Origin: Pelomyxa schiedti
Lineage: Eukaryota; Protista; Evosea
Assembly (NCBI GenBank): GCA_020536535.1
Contig: JAHLWZ010000475.1
Coordinates: forward strand, 5,684-69,683
Length of the DNA stretch: 64,000 bases
Reading direction: 5' to 3'
Shown: positions 10,561 through 24,106 of the stretch, in pieces
Numbering within the stretch: the first letter of the stretch is position 1
Layout: each line of letters opens with the position of its first letter
Program-made: the position numbers and the translations under genes
The notes under the pieces: generated by a model
The model's input: only the letters and a program-made list of their open reading frames with translations
Told to the model about the DNA's origin: nothing
Database searches by the model: none

Positions 10561-13500
10561 ATGTACACCGGTGGGACAACAACGGGTGTTGTTGATGTGA
10601 GGGTGGCGTCATTTGCACACGCTGACACCGTGGGCAACGTGTCTAGCCTCGTGGTAAGTTGCTTGTTTCGCCTCCGTGTATATGGCAAATTATGGTTCGC
10701 ATTTTTGACTGGGTTCGCGATTGCAGGATAGGCGCATTGGAAAAACTGTGCGAAAGATCACTGGGAGCAGTTGCTCTGTGAGTGCAAATGGAGGGCTCGT
10801 GACGTCAGGCGCCAGTTTCGTCTCATTTTGGAGGAGGGGTTCCAATCGGGACTCTCTTGGGAATGGTCAATTTTGCTATGTTCTGTGCCGTAGTTTGGCT
10901 CCTCTACCTTGGGCTATTGAGGTCAATGTAAGGGTCAAATCACACAGTGCTACAGGAACTTCCCTCCAGTTCCTTTTTTGCAGCAAATCCAAAGCAAATG
11001 TGTGTAGAGAGCACCCTTCACAGCTAGTCATATGAATATCCTAATATCCTGTTGTAGACAACCCAATGTCTGAGCAATGATCTCTATGTTATATGCCTAC
11101 CTCAACTGGGGACCATGTGGTCTGTAATAGCGTTCAACTTGAGCAATTTGGTTAGCACCTACACACATGGTTGATTTGATGCAAATATTTAGTCGTACTG
11201 ATGCCCGCAAAGGAAGAAGAGAATATAGGAGCCTCCAAAAAATTACTCTATTTGCAAGCCTAATGGTGTGGACTGTCTTCACTTCGGATGTCGAGTTGAC
11301 CCTTGAGGTATCACAAGTTGATTAATCCTGGATGAACACTTATTCATCAAGACATTGCCGTTGGAGATGCACTATCCCCTTGAAACTGGAATATCCAACA
11401 CATCATGGAGGGCATCTTACCTCTGGGTTAATGTGCCAGAGACAGTGGGTAATGGCAGTACCCAAACCATTGGCCCTCCAGAACTTGAGAAGCCAACTTC
11501 AGGGTCTACCAACACTGATGATACAGACTTGGATGAAGCTGAGCTCTCGAGTTATATTGACAACTCTCTGGATGCCCCTGATTCCCCTGGAGTATTTAAT
11601 TTCATTAAGTTCACGTTCTTTTCGGTAATATCATATTTAATAGGTGCCATCCAAACATAAAGGTTTTTCCCTTGGACTGTTGTATGAAAGGTATTGCATC
11701 AGACAACCACTAAACACACCTAGAAAGTCTTAAGAAAGCCACTTTATCACCCCAACCGATCATTCAGTTTCAAAAGGCACAACTTTTTTTCCCTGTGGCT
11801 TGTTAATTTTATTAAGATTCTTGGTTGTAACGTGGGAGTGAAAGTATCATTTACATCTGATGGCAGTAATATTGTATTTCCAGCAAACAACATGATTATT
11901 AAGATGCATGTTAGGACGGGTAGCTCACCTTCCTTATAATAGCAGAGCACTGCGAACTCTTTTATTTAATGGCTTCAGGCACTCAAATTAGCTTGCAAGC
12001 TCACTCCTATCCTGTATGCCAAATAGCGAACTGTGACAACTCTTCATTGATGGTGTCTGCGGATCAAGGGAATCCCCCGATAGTCTGTCTCTGTTCTGCC
12101 TTTCCTTTTCCAACCTCTGTTCCTCAAGATCATACTTTGGAATATCGAAACAGGAACTGCACTCTGTGAGATAAGGACACAGTACCGGAAAGTACTGCAG
12201 TTAGGTCTTTCACGTGATGGAGAAATGTTGGCTGCAGTAGCGGCCTCTCCCAGTGGTCTGTAAGATTACCTCTCACACCTTTTCATATTCTTTTAGGAAG
12301 AAAAGTACTCAGCCTCTTCGATACAAGAAATGTGTCGTCTTGTGGTTCTCGTTACATACTGCCTCAATTCTGGCTGACCTGTGCTAGGGAATATTGGAAT
12401 CATTGCCACTCACTCTCATAACTACAATGTGAATTGTATTATGTTCTTGCCAGGTAATAAGGCCAGACTCGTGGAATGTGGAAGTGGCATACGGTGTGTG
12501 TGTATTTTACAACCTAGCATTAAAACCTCTAGATTTTGGAGAGCAAAAGGCAATTCACTGCATTCTATTCCCGTAGTGCTGGGCGATTACTCCCTCAGAG
12601 AGTTCACCAGTGTCAGCTTCAGCTCAGAGTCCAGTCTTTCCGTTAATCGTCCCACAACAAAGGCGTTTTTCACTTATCTCAGACGGGACTGCAACTTTAT
12701 GCGAGCACTACCTCTGGTGAAGTTCTTCAAATAGATTGCAACAATGTACACAGTGGCGGCATGTGTGTCAAGCAGATATTCGAGTTGCAATTGGGTCCCA
12801 TTTTATCTTTATCTGTATCTGTGGATCGTTGTATCATTGGTAATTTTACATTGCACTCTCTGTATAATTTGTGCACTGAAAACTATCAGGAAGTAAAAAT
12901 GGATCTGTCAGTGTCTGGGCAATTGATTTCTCTTCATGCATAGTTGAAGCTCCCTTTGAAGGTTTTTTTCCTGCTAGACTTGCCTGAGTTGATTTCTTCT
13001 TTTGGGAGTGTAAGTAGTGTTGATGTTTCAAGGGATGGTCTATCTATTGTTGGATGTACTTCATCTGGGCAAATTGCACTTGTTTCACTTTCGAGTCCAT
13101 TTCAGCAGGTTGCGAGTTTCTCAATGCTGAAGTCATTTATCTTATGCACAGACTGTTTTACTTCGTTCCCACATGCATAATGTAACTGCCATGGCGGTCG
13201 ATCCCTTTTTCAATGAAGTCACAACAGTTTCTGCCACGTGATTCGTGTGTGTTCTAATCTACAAACTAGATTTCCCAATGTGATGTCAGAGTGTGGGATT
13301 TGAGTACTGCCCAGCAGCTCTATCACTTTGATATTGGCACAGATGTTGGTTTATGCATTTCTTATCACAAGAAACAACGTCATGTAGTCGCTTGTGGTTT
13401 TGAAAGTGGAGTGATCCGTATTCTCGGTGATTATAAATGATTAATTTCTTGCAAATGACTGGATATCAGATATCTCTCAAACTTGTGAGGTGTATAAATT

Positions 13501-16500
13501 GGATTGCCATAAGTACCCTGTCACAGTCATAGCATATTCTTGTTTTTGGGTAAATGACAAGAATAAGTCCCATACCACATCCTCCATGAGTAGTGAGAGA
13601 TTAGTTTCTTGGTCAACTGATGGTCTCCTCGTTCTTAGTGATCCTTCAAATGACTACCAGGGGCTGAGCGTGATTAATACAGCAGCACCTGCTGGGTAAA
13701 ACCTCAGAAAAAAAAAAAAAAAAAAACCCAACCAGACACCATAATAGATTCAAGTATGGAATGTCATTGAGTCTTGACGGCACACTTTTAGCACATTTAT
13801 GTGAATCCCCACAGACATCTGAAACTCAGTCACTGGAAGTGGTAGTTTTGGACATACACGAGCTCTCTACAGTGGCAAGAGTTCCTTTGGGAACAATTCC
13901 CCTCACAGGAAGTGAGATGCCTCAGGGAGTTGGTCTCCTGAAATTTACTCCTGACTCTACGGTGCGTTGTCCCACATTCATCATCCCTTGCCCATATTTT
14001 ATGCAGGAAATTATTATCCACCACAAAGGCCAGCTTACAAGAGTTAATGTTTTCGATCGTAGATCCCAAACCATGGTCTGTTACACAACTTTGAGTTTCC
14101 CGCACGTTTTCCCTTACCACCCACAGGCAGTACCCTTGTGCTCCTCTTTTTCTGTAAGCACGAATTCGCAGTATCTTGCTGTTTGTTGCAGTGGTATCGA
14201 CGAGAACGCCGGGGTATTGTCACCCTGCGAAATCAACATATTCCTGCATAGTGATTGGTCTCTTCCTCCTCAGGTAGGCTCTAACTTGTTTCACTGACCT
14301 GAGTTAATTCCAGAAATTTATTGGGCATTGCTTTTGTGCAAGTGATTGCACATTTACACCAACTGGAAAAAACTTTCTTGTTTCTTGTGGCAACTCGGTT
14401 TTACTCTGGGAATTCTGTGGCAGTGTGGATTTTTTTAAGGTTTTCCTACAATGCATCTATTTTCTTTTTACGATAAGCAGGATGATTTGCCAGAATATCC
14501 AAAGAATCCTCCCCCACCTGAAGGAGTGAAAACCACCAACAAAAGCTCAAGATCACTGCCCGTTTTAGAAAGCACTTCCTTTGTGGATATAAGTACTTTA
14601 CAGCTTCGGGATCCCTCCAAGGCAACCTGTACTTTCTCTAATAAGAGTTTTAACGGCTCACACCTTTCTCTCAGTACCTGTCAACCAGGCACAGCTTCCA
14701 CCCTGTCACAAAACGGCTACACTCCCCCATGACTCACTTTCGGAGAAAAGGTGAGTAGTCAATACATTCTGCAATAGCCCAGTTTCCACTTAGGTTCATC
14801 TCCCCTGGAGGGGAGGCACTTACTCTCCTGTCAGTGAACGGTTTTAATTTGGACAAGGACTGTATTTTTTGGAGTTCTACGGTCGGAGTCCTAGTTTATG
14901 CAGTTGGATGCACACTGGTTGTCCTCAACCTTCACTCGTTCAATGTGTCTAGAGGAACTGGTTCACAAAAATTATTGTTGGGACACACAGAAGCCATCAC
15001 AGTGGTTGCTGGTGTAAAGTCTGGCGTTGTTGTAGGTATTTATTTATATTTTCTTATATTTCTCGCTCAAATTGCACAGCATCGGGCTGTGGTTGTACTT
15101 CCAAGTCTGGAAGGTGGATACACTTTCTACTTTGTTCTTTTTTTTTTTAACTCCTGTTCAGATCGCAGATCAGAACCTGGGACACAACAACAGGAGCATG
15201 CCAACACGTTCTGTGTTACCATAGGTCACCAATCCAGGCACTCAGTTTTTGTCCTGATTCTGCTCTTCTTGTGTCTGTAGGTTGTTGAGCCAGTTCGTTT
15301 TTCAGTTGGCTTATTCATGAAGGTACTTGGGAAGATTCTATTATAGCTGTGTGGGACTACACCACTGGGAATCTTTTGGCTACCTGTGCTTCTAACGTTG
15401 CCATGCATTCAGTTGCATTCTCGCAAAATGTAAATGTAATTGAAGGAAATGAAACTTCTCACAACAAACAGTGGAAAGGCACCGCCGGGTGTTTTGTAAC
15501 AGGGGGATGTGGTGCAGTTTTCTTCTGGAGTTTAGATTCGAGTTCTCAACTTCATGTATGATGTGTTGTGCCTTTTGCAGGTTTACCTTGATTAAATATG
15601 TCACAGGTAAACGACATCTCGTTGCCATCAAGTTCAACAAATCCCCTCCTGTTGCATGCAACAGCAATAGTCAGCCCCCTGCCTAACCTAGTCATTTCGG
15701 GTCTAAGTGATGGATCGGTTTGCTTTTTTCCCCAAGAATTTCTCCTCACCCATTGGTAAGGTTTTGTTGTGGGATGTAGCTTCCAAAACTCAAGTTGGCT
15801 CTCCTTGGCAGCCTTCTGGTTCTGAAATCAGTACGCTTTGTTTTTTTTTTTTTTTTGGTGTGCATACACTCTACTATCTCTAGGACAAATTTCCTGCGAT
15901 GGCCACACATTGATTGCCTCCAGTGGAAGCCCTTACTTGCACCTTTCGCAGGATTTCTTTTCCAATTCTCGTACAACGGTATCACTCAGACTGGGTTGTA
16001 CTCAGAATATTGTGAGCATGGTTTGGAATGAAACCTTGAAAAAGGTCACCTTGTATAAAAAGACGTCATATTTTACCGTGCAATAGGCCATTCTCACAAC
16101 TGATGATGGTTGTGTCTGGCTTACAACAAGAAACATGGATGATGATAACTATGATGGTACTAGCAACCAGGACGCAATTCTATCAAGTGATTTACTTATT
16201 ACGAGCCATATTGGAACCATTTTACATTTATCCTATGTGTCCTCTCTGGGCCTTATTTTGTCCTCCTCTGATGATGGTATAACTTTTCAAACCACTAAGT
16301 GAAGTTATTTTGCTCAGGTACATTGAAAACCTGGACTCTTGACCCCTTCCGACAAACTTTTACCTATACACCACCTGTACTTCACCACAAATTTCTTTAC
16401 CGTTCATTTTTTACAGACTCCATCACGGTGTACATGCAACTCATTTCATCCATCTGACCAACAGCTTTGTGGGGGATACGATGATGGATACATTGAATTT

Positions 16501-17350
16501 AGACATATTGCCAATGTTCGCTGTCATCGAAAGTGCAAAGTGTTCACTGATTCCATTCACGCTCTCTGCTACATCTTCAATGGTAAATAGTCAATAATAC
16601 CTTTAAACCCTTACTGTGTGCAGGTACAGCTATCCTTGTGAGCAGTTCTTTTCCCTTTCTACGCATCATACCTGCTCCTCCGGCTCCACCCCAGCCCGTT
16701 GGAGTACTTAGAGTGAACCCTCCACCAACCTCACCTTCCTACATCCATCAGTGCCCAATCAACTCCTCCCTGATTCTCGTTTCATATCTCGCAAATGAAG
16801 GTGATGGCAGTGCTTGTGCTGTTCAAGTACTCCAATGTTTGACTGAAAAGTGGGATGGCGCTTTGCCCTCCGTGAAGAACCGTTTGCTCATTCCTTTGGT
16901 ATTCCACTCTACTCTATCTTTTTTCCAACCTTCTAATGCAGGCCACAAGTGTTAAATTGCCACCCATTGCGCAGTTTTTCTACAGTGAAACCACCATAGT
17001 TGTTGCCGTTGGTGAAGTTATGCAAGTGCATAATATCTCCCAACCAAAAAGCACCTTGATAAAAACGATATCACTGGGATTCACCCCAACCTCACTGGCA
17101 CTTTTACCCTCACAGATTGTAGCCCTTGGAACCCCCGGTACCAACATCGCACTTTTTTCCACCAATAACTTTTAATTTAGACAGACTACTGAGGCTAATA
17201 TCTTTGGAAACGGGTGCCTCTCAGGACATGGTTGTTCACAGCCCCTGTTCAATCAGGTCTCTGGTGGCAATACCACAACAGCCCAACAAAGGATTCCTTG
17301 TGGGTGCTTGTGCAAATAGTATACATGTTTGGAGAATTGGGGGTGTATAA
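10561..17350 (+). CDS. Large multi-intron WD40-repeat protein, WDR90/POC16-like (N-terminal CFAP20/DUF667-like region)
   Basis: The N-terminus (DRRIGKTVRKITG...SLG..GQFCYV) resembles CFAP20. Many WD motifs follow: SLQAHSYPV, HNYNVNCIMF, VRVWDL, VACGFESGVIRILD, LLGHTEAITVVA, LCGGYDDGYI and SIHVWRI. Two propeller blocks are separated by a linker, as in WDR90. Confidence 0.7.
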
Positions 17351-17483
17351 CATCACTCAATTCCGTAATTGTGAATAAAATTAAGGTTGAAGATACGTGA
17401 ATCACTTCTTTTATTTTATGCAAGAGCACTCTTTAGGAGCTCCTGCATGAATGATACGGGAATGTAGTGTGGCTTGGGAATGT

Positions 17484-19003
17484 TTAGGTTTGATTGTGTC
17501 TGCACAGAACTGTTGATATTGGAACAGCACCTTTAATTGCATCCGGTTTGTCTACTGTGAAGACTTCCAGTCCAGCAAGTTGCAGTTTGGGCAAGAACTG
17601 TGACATTCCACCCCCGCAACCAAAGTAGTACTCCTTGCCGGTAATGCAAGCAAAACTGCCGGGTTGTGTGGACAAGGCAGACTTGATGAGACTGGCAAGC
17701 GCCGCCATGTTACTTACATTGTAGACCGTTTCAGAGGTGACAATCAAATCGTACTTCAATCCAAGTTGTTGTAGGAGGGCCTAAGATAGTTTGAGGCAGT
17801 GAAGGAAAAAGTAATTGATGTCTTACCTGAACACTAGCCCAATCACCAGAGAAAAACCGCACTCTCTTGACAGTAGGAGCACAGTTCAACATAATATTTC
17901 TAATAGTCAAGTTGGTTAACACATCTGCGTTCTAAAGGAGTCATTCCAAGTAGCAGAAGCAGAAAGTACATACGTAGTCTTGGAAATGAACAGTGGCACC
18001 ATGCATCAACGCGAAGGTACCCAGTAGGCCATGCCCACATCCAATCTAGATCACTAACCATTAAAGGTGAAAAATATATTGTAATAATTGAAGGTATTAC
18101 ATCAAGAACGGTTTTACTGTGGAAAAAATTTGGATCAGAGGTCAAACAGCCAGAGAGATAGGCCAGAAGAGTATGCGTGCCTTCCCACACTTTGAACCCT
18201 CCTAATTCACTGTTTTGTAATCTAGTAAATTAGGAAAAGAAAGAGATAACCTTCATATATTCCTGGAACTACATCACTTGAGCTAATGTGACATGCCAGA
18301 GTTGGGGCAACCATTTGAACATACTTCTTGTTTAATGTGTACTTGCGCATAACAGCGCTGCCACTTCCCAAGACTCTCACCTCCTCAATCGGAGGTTCAT
18401 TACTGTGGTCGGGAACCTTTTCCTCCGATATGTCCTCCTGCACCTAATAATAATTACCCCATTAGAAACAACAATGGAACCACTACACAACAACGCAACC
18501 GACATATACTCACATCATCTTCGCCCATAATTAATATCCCAACGGCAGTAGCAAAACACAACAACAACAAAAAAAAAAACAAACCAAAAAAAAACCCAAG
18601 AACCCCCAATACCCAAGCAAACAAACAAAACAAACCCAACAACCTCTTGGGCTACGTGGTATCCCTCGGGTACAACTACGCTGACCTCCTTCACTTCAAC
18701 GACCAGCGGCCCCCCGGGCCCGCTCGCCGACGTCGTGGCGTGGCACCCGCTGCCGCCCCAGCTCGCGCTCGCCGCGGCGGAGGCGGCCGCCGTGCCCGTC
18801 GCGCCGCCGCCGCCTCCTCCTCCTCCTGTCGCCGCTCTCCCCACGTCTTCGCCTGCGTCCCCACATCCCTGCTCGTCAACGTCGTCGGGCACGTCGACTG
18901 TGATGGTGGACAGTGCCCCTGGCCCCATAATCGCGGTAGTGGTGGCCGGCGCACTTTGTGCATCGGCGTCCATGTCCTCCGACACCGTCACGCTGGCGAA
19001 CAT
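17484..19003 (-). CDS. METTL18: Histidine protein methyltransferase 1 (METTL18/Hpm1) homolog; 5' end uncertain
   Basis: Spliced motifs VPGIYEGGFKVWEG, VLD|IGCGHGLLG, FQDY|NADV, FFSGDW, YDLIVTSETVYN and YYFGCGGG. The start is either the GC-rich exon at 19003 or a short MGEDD exon near 18528. Confidence 0.85.
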
Positions 19004-20938
19004 GGGGTGAGTGCCGCAATTGGCCGAATAGAATAATCAACGGACCGGAACGCTGTCATTTTCGTTACCGTCGCTCAGGATCGGCGGTCTGGTGTTTTTT
19101 TTGTTCAGCCACACGTGTTTCCAAGATTTTTTAGTTGTCATTTTTATCCTGTGTTTGTTGGCTTTGGTTACAGTCCTCTAGTCACCTATCCTTGGTGTTG
19201 CCATTGTGCTTGGGTTTCTTTGGCTGGTTGGTTGAAATCGGTCCTACTGCATGTTGTTGACATGTTGTTGTGTTTGTTGTGCATGTAACTGGCGAACTTC
19301 CAGGTACCTTTCGAACTCCGTGGGTTGTTGTTTGGATTGTTGTGGAGGGTTCATTGTTGTAGTCGGAATCACTCCTGCTGTCAGCGTTCTCGTCATCCTC
19401 ATTGTAATCACTGTTGAAATTCCGGCAATAGGCCGCATCATCATCCTCACCAGCACAGTCGGGTCGTTAAAGAGCAGTGAGAAAGAATTTTGAAGTTTAG
19501 CAACATGGGGATTACACAGGTAAAGAGATAGTTACGAGTTCCAAATGTTTTTGAGTGAACTGATCCTTTTTCGAAATATTTCAACTATAATGCACACATT
19601 CAAGCTTTTCAGTGGTGAAAATAGGGGGAAAAAAAAACCCAAAATAAACTCGTGGGTAGAAGAAGGAGTACAAAGCACAGACCTGCACAGATCTTCTTTC
19701 GTGTGCGTAGTTTTTCTTTTTAATTTGGAAGAGGAAAAGAGCAAACCGAGAGGACGTCGACCCGCAGGGCAGAAGGCGACAGGGATGGAGCTTACGGTGT
19801 TATTGACCCGCCACCAGTCGCATGTCGCCCCCGTATTGTTGCGGATCTTGTGACCTCATAATGTGCGACAACCAGAGCGATGTCGCCTGTGCCCCGGTGC
19901 CGAAGACCAAGATCTCCGGAACAAGACACAGGACTAGACACCGTTAGTGACGCTGAAAAAAAAAAAAAAGAAAAGAAGAAGATTAAAATTTTATTGGGAA
20001 GCCAAAGAGCGAGACTGAGCATACTCCATGTCAATGTGAGCCAGGGATGGAACAAGACCGGTGCTGATTTTTGGACCAAAGTTCTTTCTGTTGAAATAGA
20101 CTAGGTGAGCCTAGTATGAGAGGTAATAAACAGTGGGATCAATAAACCATCTTCCGATGAAGGACTGTGAAGCTGAAATCTGAAGAGAACTCAGTAGAGA
20201 AAGAAACAAAGGTGTAGGACCAGCTCAGAAATGAAGAGTCTACAAACGGGAGGTGCCCAAAAAAGATTTCAGGACTATACAGGTTTGGGCTAAAAACGAC
20301 ACTGAGAAAGGCAGGAACCAGCTCGGCAAAGTGCAGCCCTCCGATATCAAGCCCAGGAAGTCCGGTTCTGCAATTAACCGTTCCAGATGGGCCATGCCAA
20401 CAGAGGCAAGCAAGATGTGGGAGTTTCACATCCAGCAACTGCTGGAGCCCCATCCCGGCTCCGACGAAACAGATACCGAGTCAGAGTAAAACAAACAAAC
20501 AAAAGCAAATCCGTCACAGTCCAAGAAATCACTTACACAAGTGTGGGTGCACAACTTGACTTGTCGCTGTCACAAGTTGGTGCCTGATGATCCTTGCGTG
20601 GGGGTCCCCCACGAGCTGTACAAGGATCATGGATGAAGACGATCGGGGCAAGGAAAAGCCATTCTTGTCATTTCCTTGCAGGTTGTTTGAAATTGAGACG
20701 ATGGCTGTGAAGCCAAAGATTCCTGAACGTTGCTCCGGTTCTGCTTCCAAACCAAGAAGCTCAGATGTTGAACAACAGAAAAAACAAGTTTTTTCAAAAT
20801 GTCCCCTGGGACGAAAAAAAAAAACAACACAACAAACCACTTCTTTCCCCCCTTCTTCGAATGTCACATCTGGCGTCCTTCGTTCCTCATTCCTTCCGGT
20901 TGTTGTTGTTCCCGTCAGCCTCCCGCCACAGTCCCACA

Positions 20939-23900
20939 ATGTTGTACCGCCTCCTTCTGCCCTTCCTCTGCATTTCAGTTCTGTCCCTGCACCTTTCCTC
21001 GTGCACGACCTGCAGCCTCACTCCCATAAGGGTGCAATTGCACTGGACCGCTCAGGCCCAGTTTGCCGGGTACTACTCAGCCGCTGTACGTGATTTCTAT
21101 CCAAAAATCCCCCTGCCACCCACTACACCAACATTTTTTTGCCCCAGAACAATCACATCTCCTAACCCCACGCTTCCCAAAGTCCTTTGGTTACTTTGAA
21201 GACGAATGCCTATCTGTTACCGTTGTGGCTGGGGGGCCTGGATACGATCCAGTTGAGGAATTGACATCTGGGAGATCACAATTCGCGAATCTGTGGGCTG
21301 CAACTGCACTTGCATCACGTGAGGCCGGAACGAGATTGGTGACAGTGAGCCAATTATGGCAAAGTTCCAGTTTGGTTTGTGTCAGCTGGAAGTCATCTGG
21401 ACTCTCAAATCCTAGTCATTGGCCTGGTCACACTGTGGGAGTCTGGGATTCGAATGGATTAGCAACTGAGGTTGGTTGTGAAATTCAATTGTTATATTTC
21501 CAAAACTCCCTGCTCCTAGCTCAAGTTTCACTCAACTTTTTTTTCAGGTCCGAGTTTTGGGAAGAGAGTATGGAGTAAGTGAAAAGAACTATACTGAAGT
21601 GGCCCAAGGATTCACAGTCAGTCCTCTTTTTGATGGCAGTATTGAAGTAATATCTGCTACGACTTACAATGAGTTGTCTCAAATTCTGGAAACTGTGAAT
21701 ACTGAAACACAGGACACGTACAAGACATCTGATTTGTACATCCTCAGATTAGCTGATAGTGGTGTGGTCATTGTGGAGGATAGCGTTGTTGTCACTGAGG
21801 AATTCCTTGCACAAAATGAAACTATAGTGAAAGCTTTTTTAAAAGCTTTGACCCGTGGATGGCTAAAATGCCGACTTGATCCAGAATCCTGTGTTTCTCT
21901 TCTTCCCACCTCAGATGACCACCAACGTTGGATGATGAATGAAGTCAACCGCATGTTGTGGCTGTTCCGGGGACAACCCTTTGGTGTGCCTACATCAAGT
22001 GCTTGGGACAGTACCCTATCCTTGTGTCAGAGTGTCTCCACAACAAATCATCCGTTGAATAGCTCAGTATACACTGGTGCTTTGAATACGACTCTGCAAC
22101 GTAGCGTTGTTCAGGAACTGAGTGACGAAGGATATGATGTCTATGGGTTTAATTACACCTACACACAGTTTTCATGGTGCCTGAAGTGCAAGGCGGGATC
22201 TAAAGCAACTTTATGCCAGACAATGCCTGCCAGTAATAAAACCTCAACCACGCTAATTACAGCTATCTCGGTTCCTTTTGGAATCCTAGCACTTGCAGTA
22301 ACTGCTATATCTATTGTACTCCTTCTAAAGCTGAAAGAAGCTCGAAATAGAGTCCAGCAACTTGAAGACGAAATAGATAAGCACGCCAATTTCTCTGTTG
22401 TTGGTGCCCCCGCACAGAAGGCAATAGATTCTCTGATTCGACTAAAAAAGAAGCACTGGATTGGTACTTCTGACCATGATGAACTGAGCCGAGTTATATC
22501 CCTGATAGCAAGTAATAGATTATATAATGCAGATATGCTGGAAGAATCACTTCAAGCAAAAAAAGTGGATGCAGAAGTGGACGCCTTTCTTGTGGATCTA
22601 CTTGTCAAGCATGATAAGGCAAACCCTTTGCACCTTCCTGAAAGCTCCACAACTAGCAGCATTATGACTATTCTTGTTGAAGCGGACCCAAGCATTTCGA
22701 CTGATTCTCTTTTTAAATCTATTGGAGATTCCCGGGCCACTAATGCTGGTTGGGATTTTGATATATTTTCCATGGCTCCCAATAGCATGCTTTCACGTGT
22801 GCTTTTTTCAAATCTCAAGCTGCATTAACTTCTCTCTAGCGCTAGAGATGATTGGCTTAGCATTACTTGAGGAATTTGGACTTGTGTCATACTTTCATTT
22901 GGATGTTAGAACTCTTGTTTCTTTTTTACGACGCCTCTGCAGTGGTTATAGCACTACTAATCCATATCATAATGCACTCCATGCTGCTGACGTAACGCAG
23001 GTAAAATTTTTGGCTGCGTAATTATATTCTAATACTGTTAGGCAATGGGTGTCCTTCTGTTCCAGTACCAGAAGTCAGCCCAAGCACAACACTGCAGTGC
23101 TGCTACTTTGTCACCCATGGAACTTCTGTGTGCTGTAGTGGCTGCGCTGATACATGACTTCGCTCATCCAGGTATTCCATTTCCATATGTGAAGAACCTG
23201 CTTATTCTTCAAGGCGTAAACAATAACTTCATTACTGCCACAATGCATGAAATTGGGTTGCAACATAATTTCATTTCTCCACTAGAAAATATGCACGCTT
23301 CTGAAGCATTACAATTACTTCTGAGGTGTCTCCTTCTCTCCCATTTTTCATTGTTTACCGGAAAAAGAAAGGAGAATAACTTTTTGACTGATCTGCCCTC
23401 AAATGAATATCTCGAGTTTCATCGGAACGTCGTAACACTCGTACTAGCAACAGACATGACGAGACACATTGAGATTACGGGACAAGTTACTGCCAAACTA
23501 TCCACGACGAGTACTGGTGCCAAGTGAGCTCTTTCTAAACACGCCTTATTCTCACTGATGATTCCCAAAGGTCTTCCATAGATCACCTTCTCCTGCTACA
23601 GATAATGCTCAAGTATGCAGATATGCATTATAATAGTTTCTCCTAACGCAATCAACCTAAACAAAACAGGTTCGCAGATATCAGTGCACCGTCTCGCAAA
23701 TGGCCTCAATGTGAGCGATGGGCCACATTTGTTCAGAACGAATTCTACAGTCAAGGTGATAAGGAACGAGTACTGGGACTTACCATAAGTCCGGGAATGG
23801 ACCGCACTACCACCAATTGGCCCAAGTGCCAGGCCACGTTCATCAAATACGTGGTTCAGCCGCTAGCAGATTTGATGGACCAAATGATCAACCTCGAAAC

Positions 23901-23964
23901 GCTTGGAATCAAGGAAAACCTGAAAGATAACGAGGCCAGATGGATGGAATTAGATCACCAATGA
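20939..23964 (+). CDS. Single-pass receptor-type class I cyclic nucleotide phosphodiesterase with N-terminal NMT1/THI5-like solute-binding domain
   Basis: Signal peptide MLYRLLLPFLCISVLSL; NMT1-like VQLHWTAQAQFAGYYSAA|SFGYF...VVAGGPGYDP; TM segment LITAISVPFGILALAVTAISIVLLL. PDE motifs are YHNALHAADVTQ, IHDFAHPG.NNNF, LENMH, LATDM, K|FADIS and EFYSQGDKER..GL.ISPGMDR. Stop at 23962-23964. Confidence 0.9.
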
Positions 23965-24106
23965 CTCATAGAATGCAACACTTTTGCCAGTGTTGTAACT
24001 CACTATCTCTATCACAACCAAAACCTACCACCAATAGTTTGTACATTACAAAAGAAAGAAATGGAAACTATCTTTTTTTTGTCACTTTGTTTTTGGTTTA
24101 TGACTA

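Noticed and set aside
19170-20700. Short ORFs between METTL18 and the PDE gene
   Set aside because: I could not build a coherent spliced model or recognise any motif.
23612-23682. Intron start (GTATGCAGATAT) resembling the next exon start (GTTCGCAGATAT), hinting at intron gain by duplication
   Set aside because: Weaker cases exist elsewhere, but most introns checked in METTL18, fprA and the kinase show no such repeat. Chance and the usual AG|GT proto-splice bias explain it.
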